44,587 nucleotides of DNA, from the UHGV virus genome UHGV-0201915; one strand, 5' to 3'. Shown here one piece after another: positions 35,101 through 44,586 of this stretch. The stretch comes from a virus. The position numbers were made by a program, and so were the translations under genes. The notes under the pieces were generated by a model. The model did not search any database. It had not been told where the DNA came from and saw only the letters and a list, made by a program, of their open reading frames with translations. Each line of letters starts with the position of its first letter. The first letter of the stretch is position 1.

Positions 35101-37199
35101 GATATACAACTTCTGTGTATTTTTTTAACGAAAAACAAGAACTGATTCGACGAGTGACCGAACGATACTTAACTCAATTGGTTCAAGAAAAAGAGATCAC
35201 CGATGACAAATCAGAACTGTTACTCGATATACTCACGGTTTCAACGATCTTTGACAAGCGGATTGCAAATGCTGTATACATGGCGGTGAAGGAGTCGGAC
35301 AAGTCTTTCTCACTTTACTACATCAACAGTATTGAAGATCCGGATAATCGTTTGATTTTTACCGGGGTGAATTTTGCTCTGAAAGAGTTAGATGGCTACG
35401 TCGTGAAAGATATTCGACCAGTGAAAAGAACAGTCAATTATGTCGCTACTCAAATCCTTCAAGTAACAGATGGTGAATGGAGACTGGGGTATGTAAAACC
35501 GAACCTTCCGATGATCACAGACACATTCTACTATCTGTCAGTTAAAGATTGCTTGAAGCAGCTTCAAACTCATGGTTGCGAAGTGCTGTTCAAGTGTAAG
35601 ATCCAGAATCGACGAATCACGGATAAATGGATTGAAATTTATGACAAGATTGGCACTGCATCGAATAAGCGCTTTGTTTATGGTGGCAGTGCTCTTTCTG
35701 TTGTGAAGGAACAAGATCGGTCGCAAATCTACACGTCATTGATTGGTCGAGGCAAAGGAGAGGAGGTAGGCGATGGCTACGGCCGCCGGTTAGAGTTTAC
35801 CGATCTCGTTTGGAAGACATCTGCCGGGAAACCTGCGAATAAGCCTGCCAATCAGAACTGGATCGAGTTGCCGGAGATGACGGCGAAATACGGAATACCT
35901 AAAAAGAACGGAACGATGCGAAAGCGTGAGGGCGTCGTTGTCTTTGAAGATATCGAAGACACTGAAACGCTGTTGCTGAATACCTATAACGCCCTAGTTG
36001 AAATGAGCCGGCCACTGATTCAATTCAAGACTCAAGTCTTTAGTGGCGATGCGATAGGCAATACAATTCCTGTCATTCGCTACGATCGGGATTATCGTTA
36101 CCGGGCAAGAATATTCAAGGTGACGATCGATCGACTTATGGGAAAAGTAACCAGTGATGTTGGCGATAACTTGGGTAAGAAATCAACCATCAAAGTAACT
36201 TCGGGATTAAGGATTGACCTAGATAGAGTCGAAACAACAAAACCAAGTTTCTACACTGCGGAACAAATCGCACAGTGGCAGACTGATATCATTCGGGGAT
36301 TGAAAGGCGGCTCATTTGTCATACTCACTGAAGAGGATTTGGGTATCTCAGATGAACGAATTCCATTTTGTTCTGTCTGGATGAATGGCAAGTCGCTTGA
36401 AACCAGTGATCACTTCTTAGTTGCCAACTCTGAGGGAATCGGTTTTATTGATGGGGATTTCAATCTAGATAATTTCCACACCGCTTGGACCATTGATGGC
36501 GTATTTAATGCGCGATTCATTCAGGTTGGTCGATTAGGCGGCGAACAGGTCTTTATGGACCTAGATACTGGCGAAGTCTTCTTTGGTAAAGGGTGGATTA
36601 AATCTACGAACGGCAACATGCAGATCAATATCACGGAGGGAATCATTGAAGGGCCTATCATTCGTTCGTACACAAACAAAGGCATTACAGCAGGTATCGA
36701 GATCCAAGCCGGAGAAATTCGAGTGTTAGATAGTTCTAAGAATATGCTTGGAGCGATTGGGACAACAGGATTGACAGGCGGAAGTATGAGAATTTCGAAT
36801 AGGCAAGGTAAGTCTATGGTAGTTGGCACGGAAAGCGGTGGTTCGATAGGAACTTTGTTGTCAATTCCTAGCAGCTCCACTGTTACAAATCCTGAACTGG
36901 ATTATTACGGTACACATGATATGTCAGGAGCGAAGATTGGAACTGGCAGCAGCCAATACGCAAAGTTCATGACCACTCAGATAGGTAGCACAAAATATCC
37001 AGCGATATTTGATATCAACGGGCGATCTGGCGTGGCATTTGGTGGTAGTGAACTGTATCTGATTAAAGGAAATCAATACTATACTTTGTCGGATATTCTC
37101 AATATAACAACCAAATTAAAAGCGCTTGGGTCTGTTAAAATCCCATCAGAAATCAGAGGGGATGGAACCGTTGGGACCTATTACAATGTGTATTTTTAG
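35097..37199 (+). CDS. Tail-associated lysin / tail endopeptidase-like (Tal)
   Basis: 700 aa. The GTG start overlaps the Dit stop. It occupies the third position of the TMP-Dit-Tal baseplate block. Confidence 0.7.
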   Translation: MRYTTSVYFFNEKQELIRRVTERYLTQLVQEKEITDDKSELLLDILTVSTIFDKRIANAVYMAVKESDKSFSLYYINSIEDPDNRLIFTGVNFALKELDGYVVKDIRPVKRTVNYVATQILQVTDGEWRLGYVKPNLPMITDTFYYLSVKDCLKQLQTHGCEVLFKCKIQNRRITDKWIEIYDKIGTASNKRFVYGGSALSVVKEQDRSQIYTSLIGRGKGEEVGDGYGRRLEFTDLVWKTSAGKPANKPANQNWIELPEMTAKYGIPKKNGTMRKREGVVVFEDIEDTETLLLNTYNALVEMSRPLIQFKTQVFSGDAIGNTIPVIRYDRDYRYRARIFKVTIDRLMGKVTSDVGDNLGKKSTIKVTSGLRIDLDRVETTKPSFYTAEQIAQWQTDIIRGLKGGSFVILTEEDLGISDERIPFCSVWMNGKSLETSDHFLVANSEGIGFIDGDFNLDNFHTAWTIDGVFNARFIQVGRLGGEQVFMDLDTGEVFFGKGWIKSTNGNMQINITEGIIEGPIIRSYTNKGITAGIEIQAGEIRVLDSSKNMLGAIGTTGLTGGSMRISNRQGKSMVVGTESGGSIGTLLSIPSSSTVTNPELDYYGTHDMSGAKIGTGSSQYAKFMTTQIGSTKYPAIFDINGRSGVAFGGSELYLIKGNQYYTLSDILNITTKLKALGSVKIPSEIRGDGTVGTYYNVYF

Positions 37200-37214
37200 A
37201 AAGGACGTGGATGC

Positions 37215-39545
37215 ATGGCAATAGAACAGTTTAAGACGGATGAAGTCATTCTTTCAAATATCAATCAAGATACGATCCCAAAACAAATCGTCATGCAGGG
37301 AGAAAAAGACGGGCGATCACTCACTGTTCAAGTGCGGAATGGTGGGATTGTCGAACCGCAGGCAGGCTTGAACTTGAATTTGGGTTGGAAACACCGGACA
37401 GCAAAGGACAAAAACGGCGATTTGATTCAAGGACTAGATGCCTTCCAAGCAATAGATAGAGAAAATGGGATTTTCAGAATTGAGTACGCTTCATCAATGG
37501 CGCAGCCAGGGATAATTGATGCGGAAATTCAATTTGTCACGAGCACCTCTGTGACAAAATCGCAGCCATTTATCATTACGGTAAAGCCTTCAACGGTTGA
37601 TGAAAACGCCGTTGAGAGCGAAAGTTCATTTACTGTCCTACAGGAGGCATTGACCCGAGTCAGTCAGTACGATGGAAAAATTGAAGGTTTAGAGATTAAT
37701 AAAGCCGATAGAAATCAAGTTAATGAGCTGGAAGTCAGCAAAGCAGATCGGGAGCAACTAGATAAAGTTGAAAATATGGTTTCTAAGATGCCAACCGCAA
37801 CTCCAAAAGAAACATTTCTGAATTTAGGTGCTCTGCAATCAAAATATCCTCTTGGGAATGCTTCGGCTATGCTTGTCCTAGAATCCGATGGAGAAACTGG
37901 CTATGTGTACCTTTGGGACGGCTCCTCGTGGAAAAAAGGTGCACTGTATCAAGAAAAAGGGATAGGAGAGAAACAAGTCCAAACGAAAAATTTGGATATC
38001 TCCTCCGTGTCTCAGGAAAACATAGCTGAAGAATTTGCTAACATTTACGATTACAAAAAAGGTCAAGATGGCTATGTTGCCTCCCTTAGCGGTGGCGGGT
38101 TGATCGCTAACGCTAATTGGTCCGTTTCTGAATACATTCCTGCAAGCCAAGGAGATGTCTTCCGAGCTAAAAAAGCAAACTTTGTCGTCGCGGCCGCTTT
38201 CGATGAAAACTATAAAATATTCTGGGTCTTTGATACGATGACGGGAGATTTGATTGAGCGTGAGTTTGTTGCACCAGCTGGTACAGCGTTCATTGTATTC
38301 AATGTACTAAGAACGAACACAAGGGAGTTCGTTGCGACAAAAAATAGGCAATTGCCGCTGGATTACATTCCTGCTGAAAAGAAAAAACTAAACTGGTTGG
38401 AAGTTGACAACAAGAACATAAAAGAAAAGTCGATTGAGTCTCGACATTTGACTGGTGAAATCATCCATCCGGGAAACATAGCTGGTAAATCCAATTACGT
38501 TGCTGGGAGTGCAAACCGTTTTGATAAAAATAAGCTAATTGATGGTTCGTACGCTACGCTCAACGGATTTGTCACAAGTGCGAATTGGGTACGGACTGAC
38601 TATATCCCAATTTCTGAATCAGATGTAATACGAGTTAACGAACCGTCTTACTTATACGCAGTCACTTATGACGCAAATAGCAAAGCATTAAGAAGTTTTG
38701 AAGCAGCAGGTAATGGAGCTGCGGAAGTATACTTTATGGCTGATGAAAAATTTATTGTGTTGAATGTTATTCGATCAAAGATTGATAGTTACATGTATAC
38801 AATCAATTCACCATTGCCAAACGAATACGAGGAATATCAAAAAGAAAAAACTGAACTGGACTGGTTATCGCTCCAATTGAAAAACGTATCATTCTGGTCA
38901 AACAAGACCTGTCAATGGTTTGGTGATTCGATTAGCTGGCAAGACGGGAAACCTTATCCGAATTCTACTGAAATAGCGAAAGGATTCCAGACCATCTTGA
39001 ACGATAATTTAGATTTTAAAGAAATCGAAAATCTAGCGATTTCTGGTAGACCTATTGCGGATGGGACCGTCAATGGTCCTGGAATTGTGTCCGTCATTCT
39101 TGAGAAGTATAAGAAATGTGATTTGGTTGTTGTATCAGGAGGAACAAATGATTTTAAACTAAATGTTCCTCTTGGAGAAATAAAAAAAGTCAAAAGTGTG
39201 TTTGATAGAAATACATTTTGCGGGGCTTTACAAGCTGGTATTGAACAAGTACTTTCAAATGAGAGTGAGCAACAGTTTCTTTTTATGACACCACTTCAAC
39301 GTGATAACGCAGGCTATGACATTTACTCAACGAACACAGCGGGGCAAAAGCTTATTGATTACGTCAATACGATAAAAGACGTGTGTCAATTATATTCGAT
39401 TCCTTGTTGGGACGGATACTCTGTTTCTGGAGTTAATCTAATAAACCTAAGTGATCTAACGTTAGATGGTCTTCATTTGAATGATGAAGGGTATAAAAAG
39501 TGTAGTCGTACCTTGGTGCCATTTGTTAATTCAATAAAAGTTTAG
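37215..39545 (+). CDS. Tail fibre / receptor-binding protein with duplicated internal module and C-terminal SGNH (GDSL) esterase domain
   Basis: Two paralogous ~45-aa modules (ANWSVSEYIPASQGDVFRAKKANFVVAAAFDENYK and ANWVRTDYIPISESDVIRVNEPSYLYAVTYDANSK). The C-terminus reads QWFGDSISW...VVSGGTNDF...DGLHLNDEGY (SGNH blocks I, III and V). Confidence 0.7.
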   Translation: MAIEQFKTDEVILSNINQDTIPKQIVMQGEKDGRSLTVQVRNGGIVEPQAGLNLNLGWKHRTAKDKNGDLIQGLDAFQAIDRENGIFRIEYASSMAQPGIIDAEIQFVTSTSVTKSQPFIITVKPSTVDENAVESESSFTVLQEALTRVSQYDGKIEGLEINKADRNQVNELEVSKADREQLDKVENMVSKMPTATPKETFLNLGALQSKYPLGNASAMLVLESDGETGYVYLWDGSSWKKGALYQEKGIGEKQVQTKNLDISSVSQENIAEEFANIYDYKKGQDGYVASLSGGGLIANANWSVSEYIPASQGDVFRAKKANFVVAAAFDENYKIFWVFDTMTGDLIEREFVAPAGTAFIVFNVLRTNTREFVATKNRQLPLDYIPAEKKKLNWLEVDNKNIKEKSIESRHLTGEIIHPGNIAGKSNYVAGSANRFDKNKLIDGSYATLNGFVTSANWVRTDYIPISESDVIRVNEPSYLYAVTYDANSKALRSFEAAGNGAAEVYFMADEKFIVLNVIRSKIDSYMYTINSPLPNEYEEYQKEKTELDWLSLQLKNVSFWSNKTCQWFGDSISWQDGKPYPNSTEIAKGFQTILNDNLDFKEIENLAISGRPIADGTVNGPGIVSVILEKYKKCDLVVVSGGTNDFKLNVPLGEIKKVKSVFDRNTFCGALQAGIEQVLSNESEQQFLFMTPLQRDNAGYDIYSTNTAGQKLIDYVNTIKDVCQLYSIPCWDGYSVSGVNLINLSDLTLDGLHLNDEGYKKCSRTLVPFVNSIKV

Positions 39546-39564
39546 CTAGAATTTATTATTTTGT

Positions 39565-39590
39565 AGCACACTTTCGGGTGTGCTTTTTAT
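39565..39590 (+). terminator. Intrinsic terminator after the tail genes
   Basis: AGCACAC-tttcgg-GTGTGCT stem followed by TTTTTATTATT. Confidence 0.6.
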
Positions 39591-39614
39591 TATTGAAAGG
39601 AAGGGGATAGGCAA

Positions 39615-39887
39615 TTGTTGCAAACAGTAGCAGTAGTGATCAGCATTTTGACTGGTTCAATTCTGATAGGGGAGAAAATTTCTAAACCATTTCAAGACAT
39701 GAAGAAATCAGTAGACGGGTTGAATTACTCGATTCAAACACTCAACAAAGATTTAGAAGATAGTAAAAATGACCGTCGAGGCATTCATGAGGATCTAGCT
39801 AAACAAGATCGTCGGTTAGACGGTCATGATGTATTACTTGGCAAGCATGATGAGCAAATTAGAACCTTATTCAGGAAAGAGAAATGA
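39615..39887 (+). CDS. XhlA-like lysis-associated membrane protein
   Basis: 90 aa with an N-terminal TM helix (VAVVISILTGSILIG) and a charged coiled-coil tail, immediately upstream of the holin. TTG start. Confidence 0.5.
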   Translation: MLQTVAVVISILTGSILIGEKISKPFQDMKKSVDGLNYSIQTLNKDLEDSKNDRRGIHEDLAKQDRRLDGHDVLLGKHDEQIRTLFRKEK

Positions 39888-39920
39888 AACGCCAACTAAT
39901 GGTGAGGGGAGGTGAGAATA

Positions 39921-40127
39921 ATGCAAAATAAGACGTTTGAAATTTTGAAATGGGTGGCCGCAATTGTCATTCCTGCGCTGGCGACATTTGTTGGTGTGGT
40001 AGGAAAGGCGGTTAATTGGGAGTACACCGATATCACGGTAATCATTATCACAGCGCTAGGCACTTTTTTGGGAACCGTTTTGGGGGTATCAAATCGAACA
40101 TACAAGATGTTTTCAGCAGATGAATAG
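39921..40127 (+). CDS. Holin (phiLC3 / phage_holin_1 family)
   Basis: [31 protein letters not shown]... with two TM segments. Start taken after the GGGGAGGTGAG RBS. Confidence 0.85.
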   Translation: MQNKTFEILKWVAAIVIPALATFVGVVGKAVNWEYTDITVIIITALGTFLGTVLGVSNRTYKMFSADE

Positions 40128-40137
40128 GAGAGAATAC

Positions 40138-41433
40138 ATGAAAAAGAAAATTATTGTAGGAGCTATTGTAGCTCTTTTTTTGTTGCCGATTTTTCCAAGT
40201 ACAGTACAAGCGGCGAAAGGGGATCAAGGCGTTGACTGGGCTGTATATCAAGGAGCACAAGGGAAATTTGGGTATGGCTCGGATAAATTTTCGATTAGTC
40301 AAATCGGTGGATACAATGCTGGTGGTTTGTACAATCAGTGGACTTATTCTAGTCAAGTAGCATCGACGATCGCACAAGGCAAACGAGCGCATACCTATAT
40401 TTGGTATGACACGTGGGGAAGTATGAGTATTGCAAAAACAACAATGGATTACTTTTTGCCTAAGATTCAAACGCCGAAAGGGTCAATCGTAGCGCTTGAC
40501 TTTGAACATGGTGCTTCAAGCAACAAACAAGCCAATACAGAAACCATTTTGTATGGCATGCGGCGAATTAAACAAGCCGGTTACACTCCGATGTATTATT
40601 CGTATAAACCATTCACGCTTCAGTATGTGAACTATCAGCAAATTCTAGCGGAGTTCCCTAACTCGTTGTGGATGGCTGCCTATCCGAATTACAATGTAAC
40701 GCCAAAACCTGTCTGGAGTGTTTTTCCGAGCATGGAAGGCGTAGCAATCTATCAGTTTACATCTACGTATGTCGCTGGTGGCTTGGACGGTAATATTGAT
40801 TTGACAGGTATTACAGATAACGGCTATAACGGAGCTATCAAAGACGATGACGGCAAAGTTACTGTGAAGCCTGATACTGAAACGCCTGCGATTGATCAAG
40901 GTCAGCAAGCGAACGAAACGCCTAAGAATGACATCAAAGCTGGATTCAAAGTTAAAGTGAACTTCTCTGCTTCTACTTGGTCAACCGGCCAAGCGATCCC
41001 TCAATGGGTCAAAGGCAATAGTTACACCGTTAAGGAAGTAAGCGGAACGAAAGTATTGCTCGATGGCATCATGAGCTGGATCAATCGCAAGGATGTTGAA
41101 ATCTTGCAAACGACCACTCAAACGCCAAGCACTACTACATCGACACATATTGTTCGTTCGGGTGAGACTCTATCAGGTATTGCTACTAAGTATGGGACAA
41201 CATATCAAGCGTTAGCGAGCCTAAACGGACTAGCTAATCCGAATTACATTTATATTGGTCAACAACTGAAGGTTAGCGGAACAGCGTCAATTAGTCGAAT
41301 ATACACTGTAAACTATGGTGAAACTCTATCAGATATTGCAGCTAAACTCGGTACGACATATCAGGCATTGGCTCAAAAAAATGGTATTTCGAATCCAAAT
41401 TTGATTTACTTGGGTCAACAATTAACATGTTAA
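40138..41433 (+). CDS. Endolysin with N-terminal signal peptide: GH25-like muramidase + SH3-like domain + 2x LysM
   Basis: Cleavable signal peptide [25 protein letters not shown]. Catalytic region [12 protein letters not shown]... Two C-terminal LysM repeats ([29 protein letters not shown]... and [29 protein letters not shown]...). Confidence 0.85.
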   Translation: MKKKIIVGAIVALFLLPIFPSTVQAAKGDQGVDWAVYQGAQGKFGYGSDKFSISQIGGYNAGGLYNQWTYSSQVASTIAQGKRAHTYIWYDTWGSMSIAKTTMDYFLPKIQTPKGSIVALDFEHGASSNKQANTETILYGMRRIKQAGYTPMYYSYKPFTLQYVNYQQILAEFPNSLWMAAYPNYNVTPKPVWSVFPSMEGVAIYQFTSTYVAGGLDGNIDLTGITDNGYNGAIKDDDGKVTVKPDTETPAIDQGQQANETPKNDIKAGFKVKVNFSASTWSTGQAIPQWVKGNSYTVKEVSGTKVLLDGIMSWINRKDVEILQTTTQTPSTTTSTHIVRSGETLSGIATKYGTTYQALASLNGLANPNYIYIGQQLKVSGTASISRIYTVNYGETLSDIAAKLGTTYQALAQKNGISNPNLIYLGQQLTC

Positions 41434-41527
41434 AAAACGATTGTAATTAAATGATTAAAGAGTTATAGTAAAATTGTAAGTTACCATAGCTTACTTTTTC
41501 TTTCATAACTAAGTTTCATCTTGATAG

Positions 41528-41559
41528 CAACCAGTCGTGTGCGAGCTGGTTGTTTTTTT
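41528..41559 (+). terminator. Intrinsic terminator after the endolysin gene
   Basis: CAACCAGTCG...CGAGCTGGTTG stem followed by TTTTTTTG. Confidence 0.7.
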
Positions 41560-41587
41560 GTGGAACTTAGAAACATGAGTGTATCAT

Positions 41588-41616
41588 TTGCAAAGAAATC
41601 GGTTTCTAGGTAACAT
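41588..41616 (+). promoter_or_regulatory. Candidate promoter (TTGCAA-17-TAACAT) upstream of the hairpin and tRNA-like element
   Basis: The spacing is exact; the -10 is weak. The annotated ORF 41579..41764 in this region is probably spurious. Confidence 0.25.
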
Positions 41617-41653
41617 CTACTCTATTGGGAAGTCACTCGCCCATAAAAAAAGG

Positions 41654-41706
41654 GAACGTCAGATACAGTTACTTGGGGAAGTGGACTGTGGGGAAGATCT
41701 GACGTT
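41654..41706. other. Long-loop hairpin: perfect 11-bp stem GAACGTCAGAT/ATCTGACGTTC with a 31-nt loop containing a nested ACAGT/ACTGT stem and TGGGGAAG repeats
   Basis: Read from the sequence. U-rich tracts lie on both sides (minus strand: CCTTTTTTTATGG). Candidate bidirectional terminator or att-associated structure. Confidence 0.5.
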
Positions 41707-41754
41707 CTATTTCTTTATTGTAACACGTTTAAAAAATAATAATACTCATTTAAA

Positions 41755-41826
41755 GTACCCTTAGTTCAATTGGTAGAATACTCCGGTTCATATCGGAAGA
41801 TGCGGGTTTGAGGCCTGCGGGGTACG
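41755..41826 (+). tRNA. tRNA-like remnant (72 nt): good acceptor, D- and T-arms; defective 8-nt anticodon loop (TTCATAT, CAT-like)
   Basis: Acceptor GTACCCT/GGGGTAC, D-arm GTTC-AATTGGTA-GAAT, T-arm GCGGG-TTTGAGG-CCTGC. The anticodon stem CTCCG/CGGAA has a mismatch and an 8-nt loop. No CCA follows. Possible pseudo-tRNA or att-site tRNA fragment. Confidence 0.3.
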
Positions 41827-42078
41827 TAGAAAATTTTAGTCATTAAAAAAGAAATACTTATTTTAATAGGACACACATAGGTAAGTGATGATTTACATAT
41901 TTAATATTTTCATAAATGTCAAGATTTATCTCCAAGATTAAGCGTAACTATTGATTAACAGTATTTAGAATGATATATTTGGGTTGACAAAAACGATCGC
42001 AGAGATAATCTGTGTTACGTTTCTTTTTGGTATATTTAAATATAGGTGTTATTCTTATATTTTTGGAGGGGATATACA

Positions 42079-42269
42079 TGAGAGCTTTAATCGCTAAAAA
42101 TGCTGTATGTTTTAACGAAAAGGAATACAGAGACTTCGTTAAAAACGTAGAAAGTCGTAAGATTTCAAAAGAAAGAGAACAAGAATTGAAAATGGTTTCT
42201 AAAAGGTTTAATCAAGCAAAAAAATTGCACGGGGAAACCTCTTTGAAGGGGCTATTGGTTGTAAAGTAA
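42079..42269 (+). CDS. Small protein, putative antitoxin of the GNAT-toxin pair
   Basis: 63 aa from the ATG after a GGAGGGG RBS (the ORF track begins earlier at 42012). Its stop sits 1 nt before the toxin ATG (TAATATG). Very AT-rich island. Confidence 0.45.
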
Positions 42270-42270
42270 T

Positions 42271-42834
42271 ATGATCGAGCCTGAGTATTCGATTATTCCT
42301 ATTAATTCACTGATAGAAACTGAACAAATAAAATCTTTTACTTGCGGTACTGAAGACGAGGAAATAGAAATTGATAATTATTTAAAAAATCAAGCACAAT
42401 CTTTTGATAAAACAGGGATTTCAAAAACTTTTTTATATATGAAAGAAAAGAAGCTTGTAGGCTTCTTTTCTCTTTGTACATCAGAAACAAAAGTGACACA
42501 TAAATTTAAAAAAGCCAAAAAAAATAGTCAAAAAACATTTAGCTTAGAAAAATCACTAAGCATCTATCCCACTATAGAATTAACGTATTTTGCAATAAAG
42601 CATAGTGAACAAAATAAAAAAATAGGAACCAATATGATGTTCGCTGTTTTAGAAATGCTTTATTACAACGTGTATCTTTATGTAGGTTTTATTATGGTTA
42701 CTTTGAAATCAAGAGACTCTTCAAGTGAGTTTTACAAAAAGATGGGATTTGACTATCATACAACTAAGAGCGGTAATGATAATCTCATGGCTTTGACAAT
42801 AACGGATATAGAAGCTATTTTGGGTATGGAGTAG
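42271..42834 (+). CDS. GNAT-family acetyltransferase, putative type II toxin (TacT/AtaT-like)
   Basis: 187 aa. GNAT motif A-like LTYFAIKHSEQNKKIGTNMMFAVLE (Q-x3-IGT) and a C-terminal FYKKMGF. Tightly coupled to the upstream small ORF. Confidence 0.55.
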   Translation: MIEPEYSIIPINSLIETEQIKSFTCGTEDEEIEIDNYLKNQAQSFDKTGISKTFLYMKEKKLVGFFSLCTSETKVTHKFKKAKKNSQKTFSLEKSLSIYPTIELTYFAIKHSEQNKKIGTNMMFAVLEMLYYNVYLYVGFIMVTLKSRDSSSEFYKKMGFDYHTTKSGNDNLMALTITDIEAILGME

Positions 42835-42934
42835 TGTATTAAGACCTCTAGACTAAGCTGTTTTATCTATTGCACATGTAAGCGTTTCATTGTATACTCT
42901 AATTACTAACAACCTAACATTTTTTTCATGATTA

Positions 42935-42966
42935 GTAGCACTCGTTAATTCGGGTGCTACTTTTTT
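42935..42966 (+). terminator. Intrinsic terminator after the GNAT gene
   Basis: GTAGCACTCG-ttaatt-CGGGTGCTAC stem followed by TTTTTTG. Confidence 0.65.
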
Positions 42967-42986
42967 GTTTACAGGCTAAACTAAAA

Positions 42987-43012
42987 AAAGCCCGAAAATT
43001 CAGGCTTTTTTA
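42987..43012 (-). terminator. Intrinsic terminator for the convergent minus-strand lipoprotein gene
   Basis: AGCCCG-aaaattc-AGGCT hairpin flanked by A/T runs. On the minus strand it reads AGCCTG...CGGGCT followed by TTTTTTT. Confidence 0.5.
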
Positions 43013-43021
43013 TGATTAATA

Positions 43022-43771
43022 TTAGATTATATTATAGTGGTCTAAGTAAAAGGCTGGAACTTCGTTCGTCGCTCCTGAAACTGTCTCATATTCGAGCGGC
43101 TTTATATATCTCACCCAAACTCTTAATTCGTCATCGTTAAGAATTTTCGTCGTAAGCTCTTTATTTTTAATCAACAAAGTAATGGTTACGTTCTCATCTG
43201 GAGAGGGTGTTACTGTTGCTAAGTATTGTGTTATATCCTCATCTCCATCTGAATTCACTTGGAAGATCTTAGCGACAAACGATTGTTTCACACCTTTATA
43301 TTGTTCAGGGTCACGCATCAAATCATCTAGAGACGTTTTATCGACATAGCGTGTTGAATCGAATTCATATTTTTCCTCGCTGCTACTCTCAGAACTAGAA
43401 ACCGACTCCTTTTTCTTTGAACTGCTATTTTCAATTTTAGAGACTTCCGTGTACTCTATTACAAACGATCCTGCAACGCTTTTTACATTTGTTACCTTAA
43501 CAATTAAAGAGTCTCCGTCATCAACTTTTGGATTACTCTCTGATACAAAGTTAAGGTGTTCACCTGTTTGAATATTATATCCAAAAGCACTGTTCGGAAC
43601 TAATTTATCAACAGTGATGCTGACAGTTTTACCCTCAATATCTTCACCATCATTGAGTGCGGATTCAGCTTCTTTGGTAGAGTAATCAGCTTTAGCTTGA
43701 TCTCTCCCGCCACATCCTGACAAAAAGATACCCAAAATTAATATAGACATGAACCCAACAATCTTTTTCAA
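43022..43771 (-). CDS. Lipoprotein of unknown function (probably host or island gene)
   Basis: Signal peptide with lipobox (LSGC). Ser/Glu-rich linker and a C-terminal beta-rich domain. Confidence 0.65.
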   Translation of the reverse strand: MKKIVGFMSILILGIFLSGCGGRDQAKADYSTKEAESALNDGEDIEGKTVSITVDKLVPNSAFGYNIQTGEHLNFVSESNPKVDDGDSLIVKVTNVKSVAGSFVIEYTEVSKIENSSSKKKESVSSSESSSEEKYEFDSTRYVDKTSLDDLMRDPEQYKGVKQSFVAKIFQVNSDGDEDITQYLATVTPSPDENVTITLLIKNKELTTKILNDDELRVWVRYIKPLEYETVSGATNEVPAFYLDHYNII

Positions 43772-43858
43772 AATTTCCCCTTCTTTCGATAAAATAATTA
43801 ACTCATAATTATTTTACCATTCGATGAAAGAAAATAAACTGATATTTTATCTTCATAT

Positions 43859-44586
43859 TCATACAATAATTTTCCCACGATCTATTCGATAACTAAAAAT
43901 AGCGATTTTGCTATTATTCCAATAAAAAAGCTGCTTATTTTTATGGAGAAGCAAAATCGAGAATAGTGTTTTTATGCTCATAGGTGATTTTCTATTCTGG
44001 CGAAAAAAGACAAGATTCCCTTCATCATCAGGCTTTGCAGTAGTTAGTTGTACTAAAGTTCCGCCTAGTCGAGTATAGATACCCTTATACTCTTCATGAA
44101 AAGGATTCGCAGTTAATTGTTTTAATAGTACGCCAGCCTTCATTTCATACCTTCTTTCGTTGGAACCTACTTGATTCAAATTCTAACATGATACTAGTTT
44201 TGCCGACAACTGCATATTTTTTAATAATGAATTGTTTTCTACTATTGTAGTCACCAGCCACTACGACTCGCATTCCGTTCTCAACATCTGCCAAAAAAGA
44301 TAGTGAGTGTGAGGCAATAAGACATGACTGATTATTCAGCTTAAAATAGACAAGGGGGCGTTCTGAAAGCTTTAATATTTTAATACTAGTCACTAAACCA
44401 CTCATGCTCATCATTTAAACCACTCCCATATCTAAGAATATAAAAATCGTCATTGTGAAAGGCGTTTGCTTTCATACAGTAAAACTCAAAACATTTTTCT
44501 CCGACCTCAAAAATGCTATTTGGTCCGAAATCCCACAATAAGTCTTGTAATGTAGAAAAAGGTATGTAGCCTTGTTCGTAGAGCAA
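43859..44586 (-). pseudogene. Probable frameshift-disrupted gene (three consecutive overlapping out-of-frame ORFs)
   Basis: ORFs 44386..44586, 44145..44414 and 43859..44179 lie on the minus strand with 29- and 35-nt overlaps in different frames. This is the classic appearance of two frameshifts, or of sequencing errors. It may continue past the window edge. Confidence 0.3.

Noticed and set aside
41579-41764. 61-aa plus-strand ORF after the lysin terminator
   Set aside because: It spans a terminator, a long hairpin and the tRNA-like element, with no RBS. It is better explained as structured non-coding DNA.
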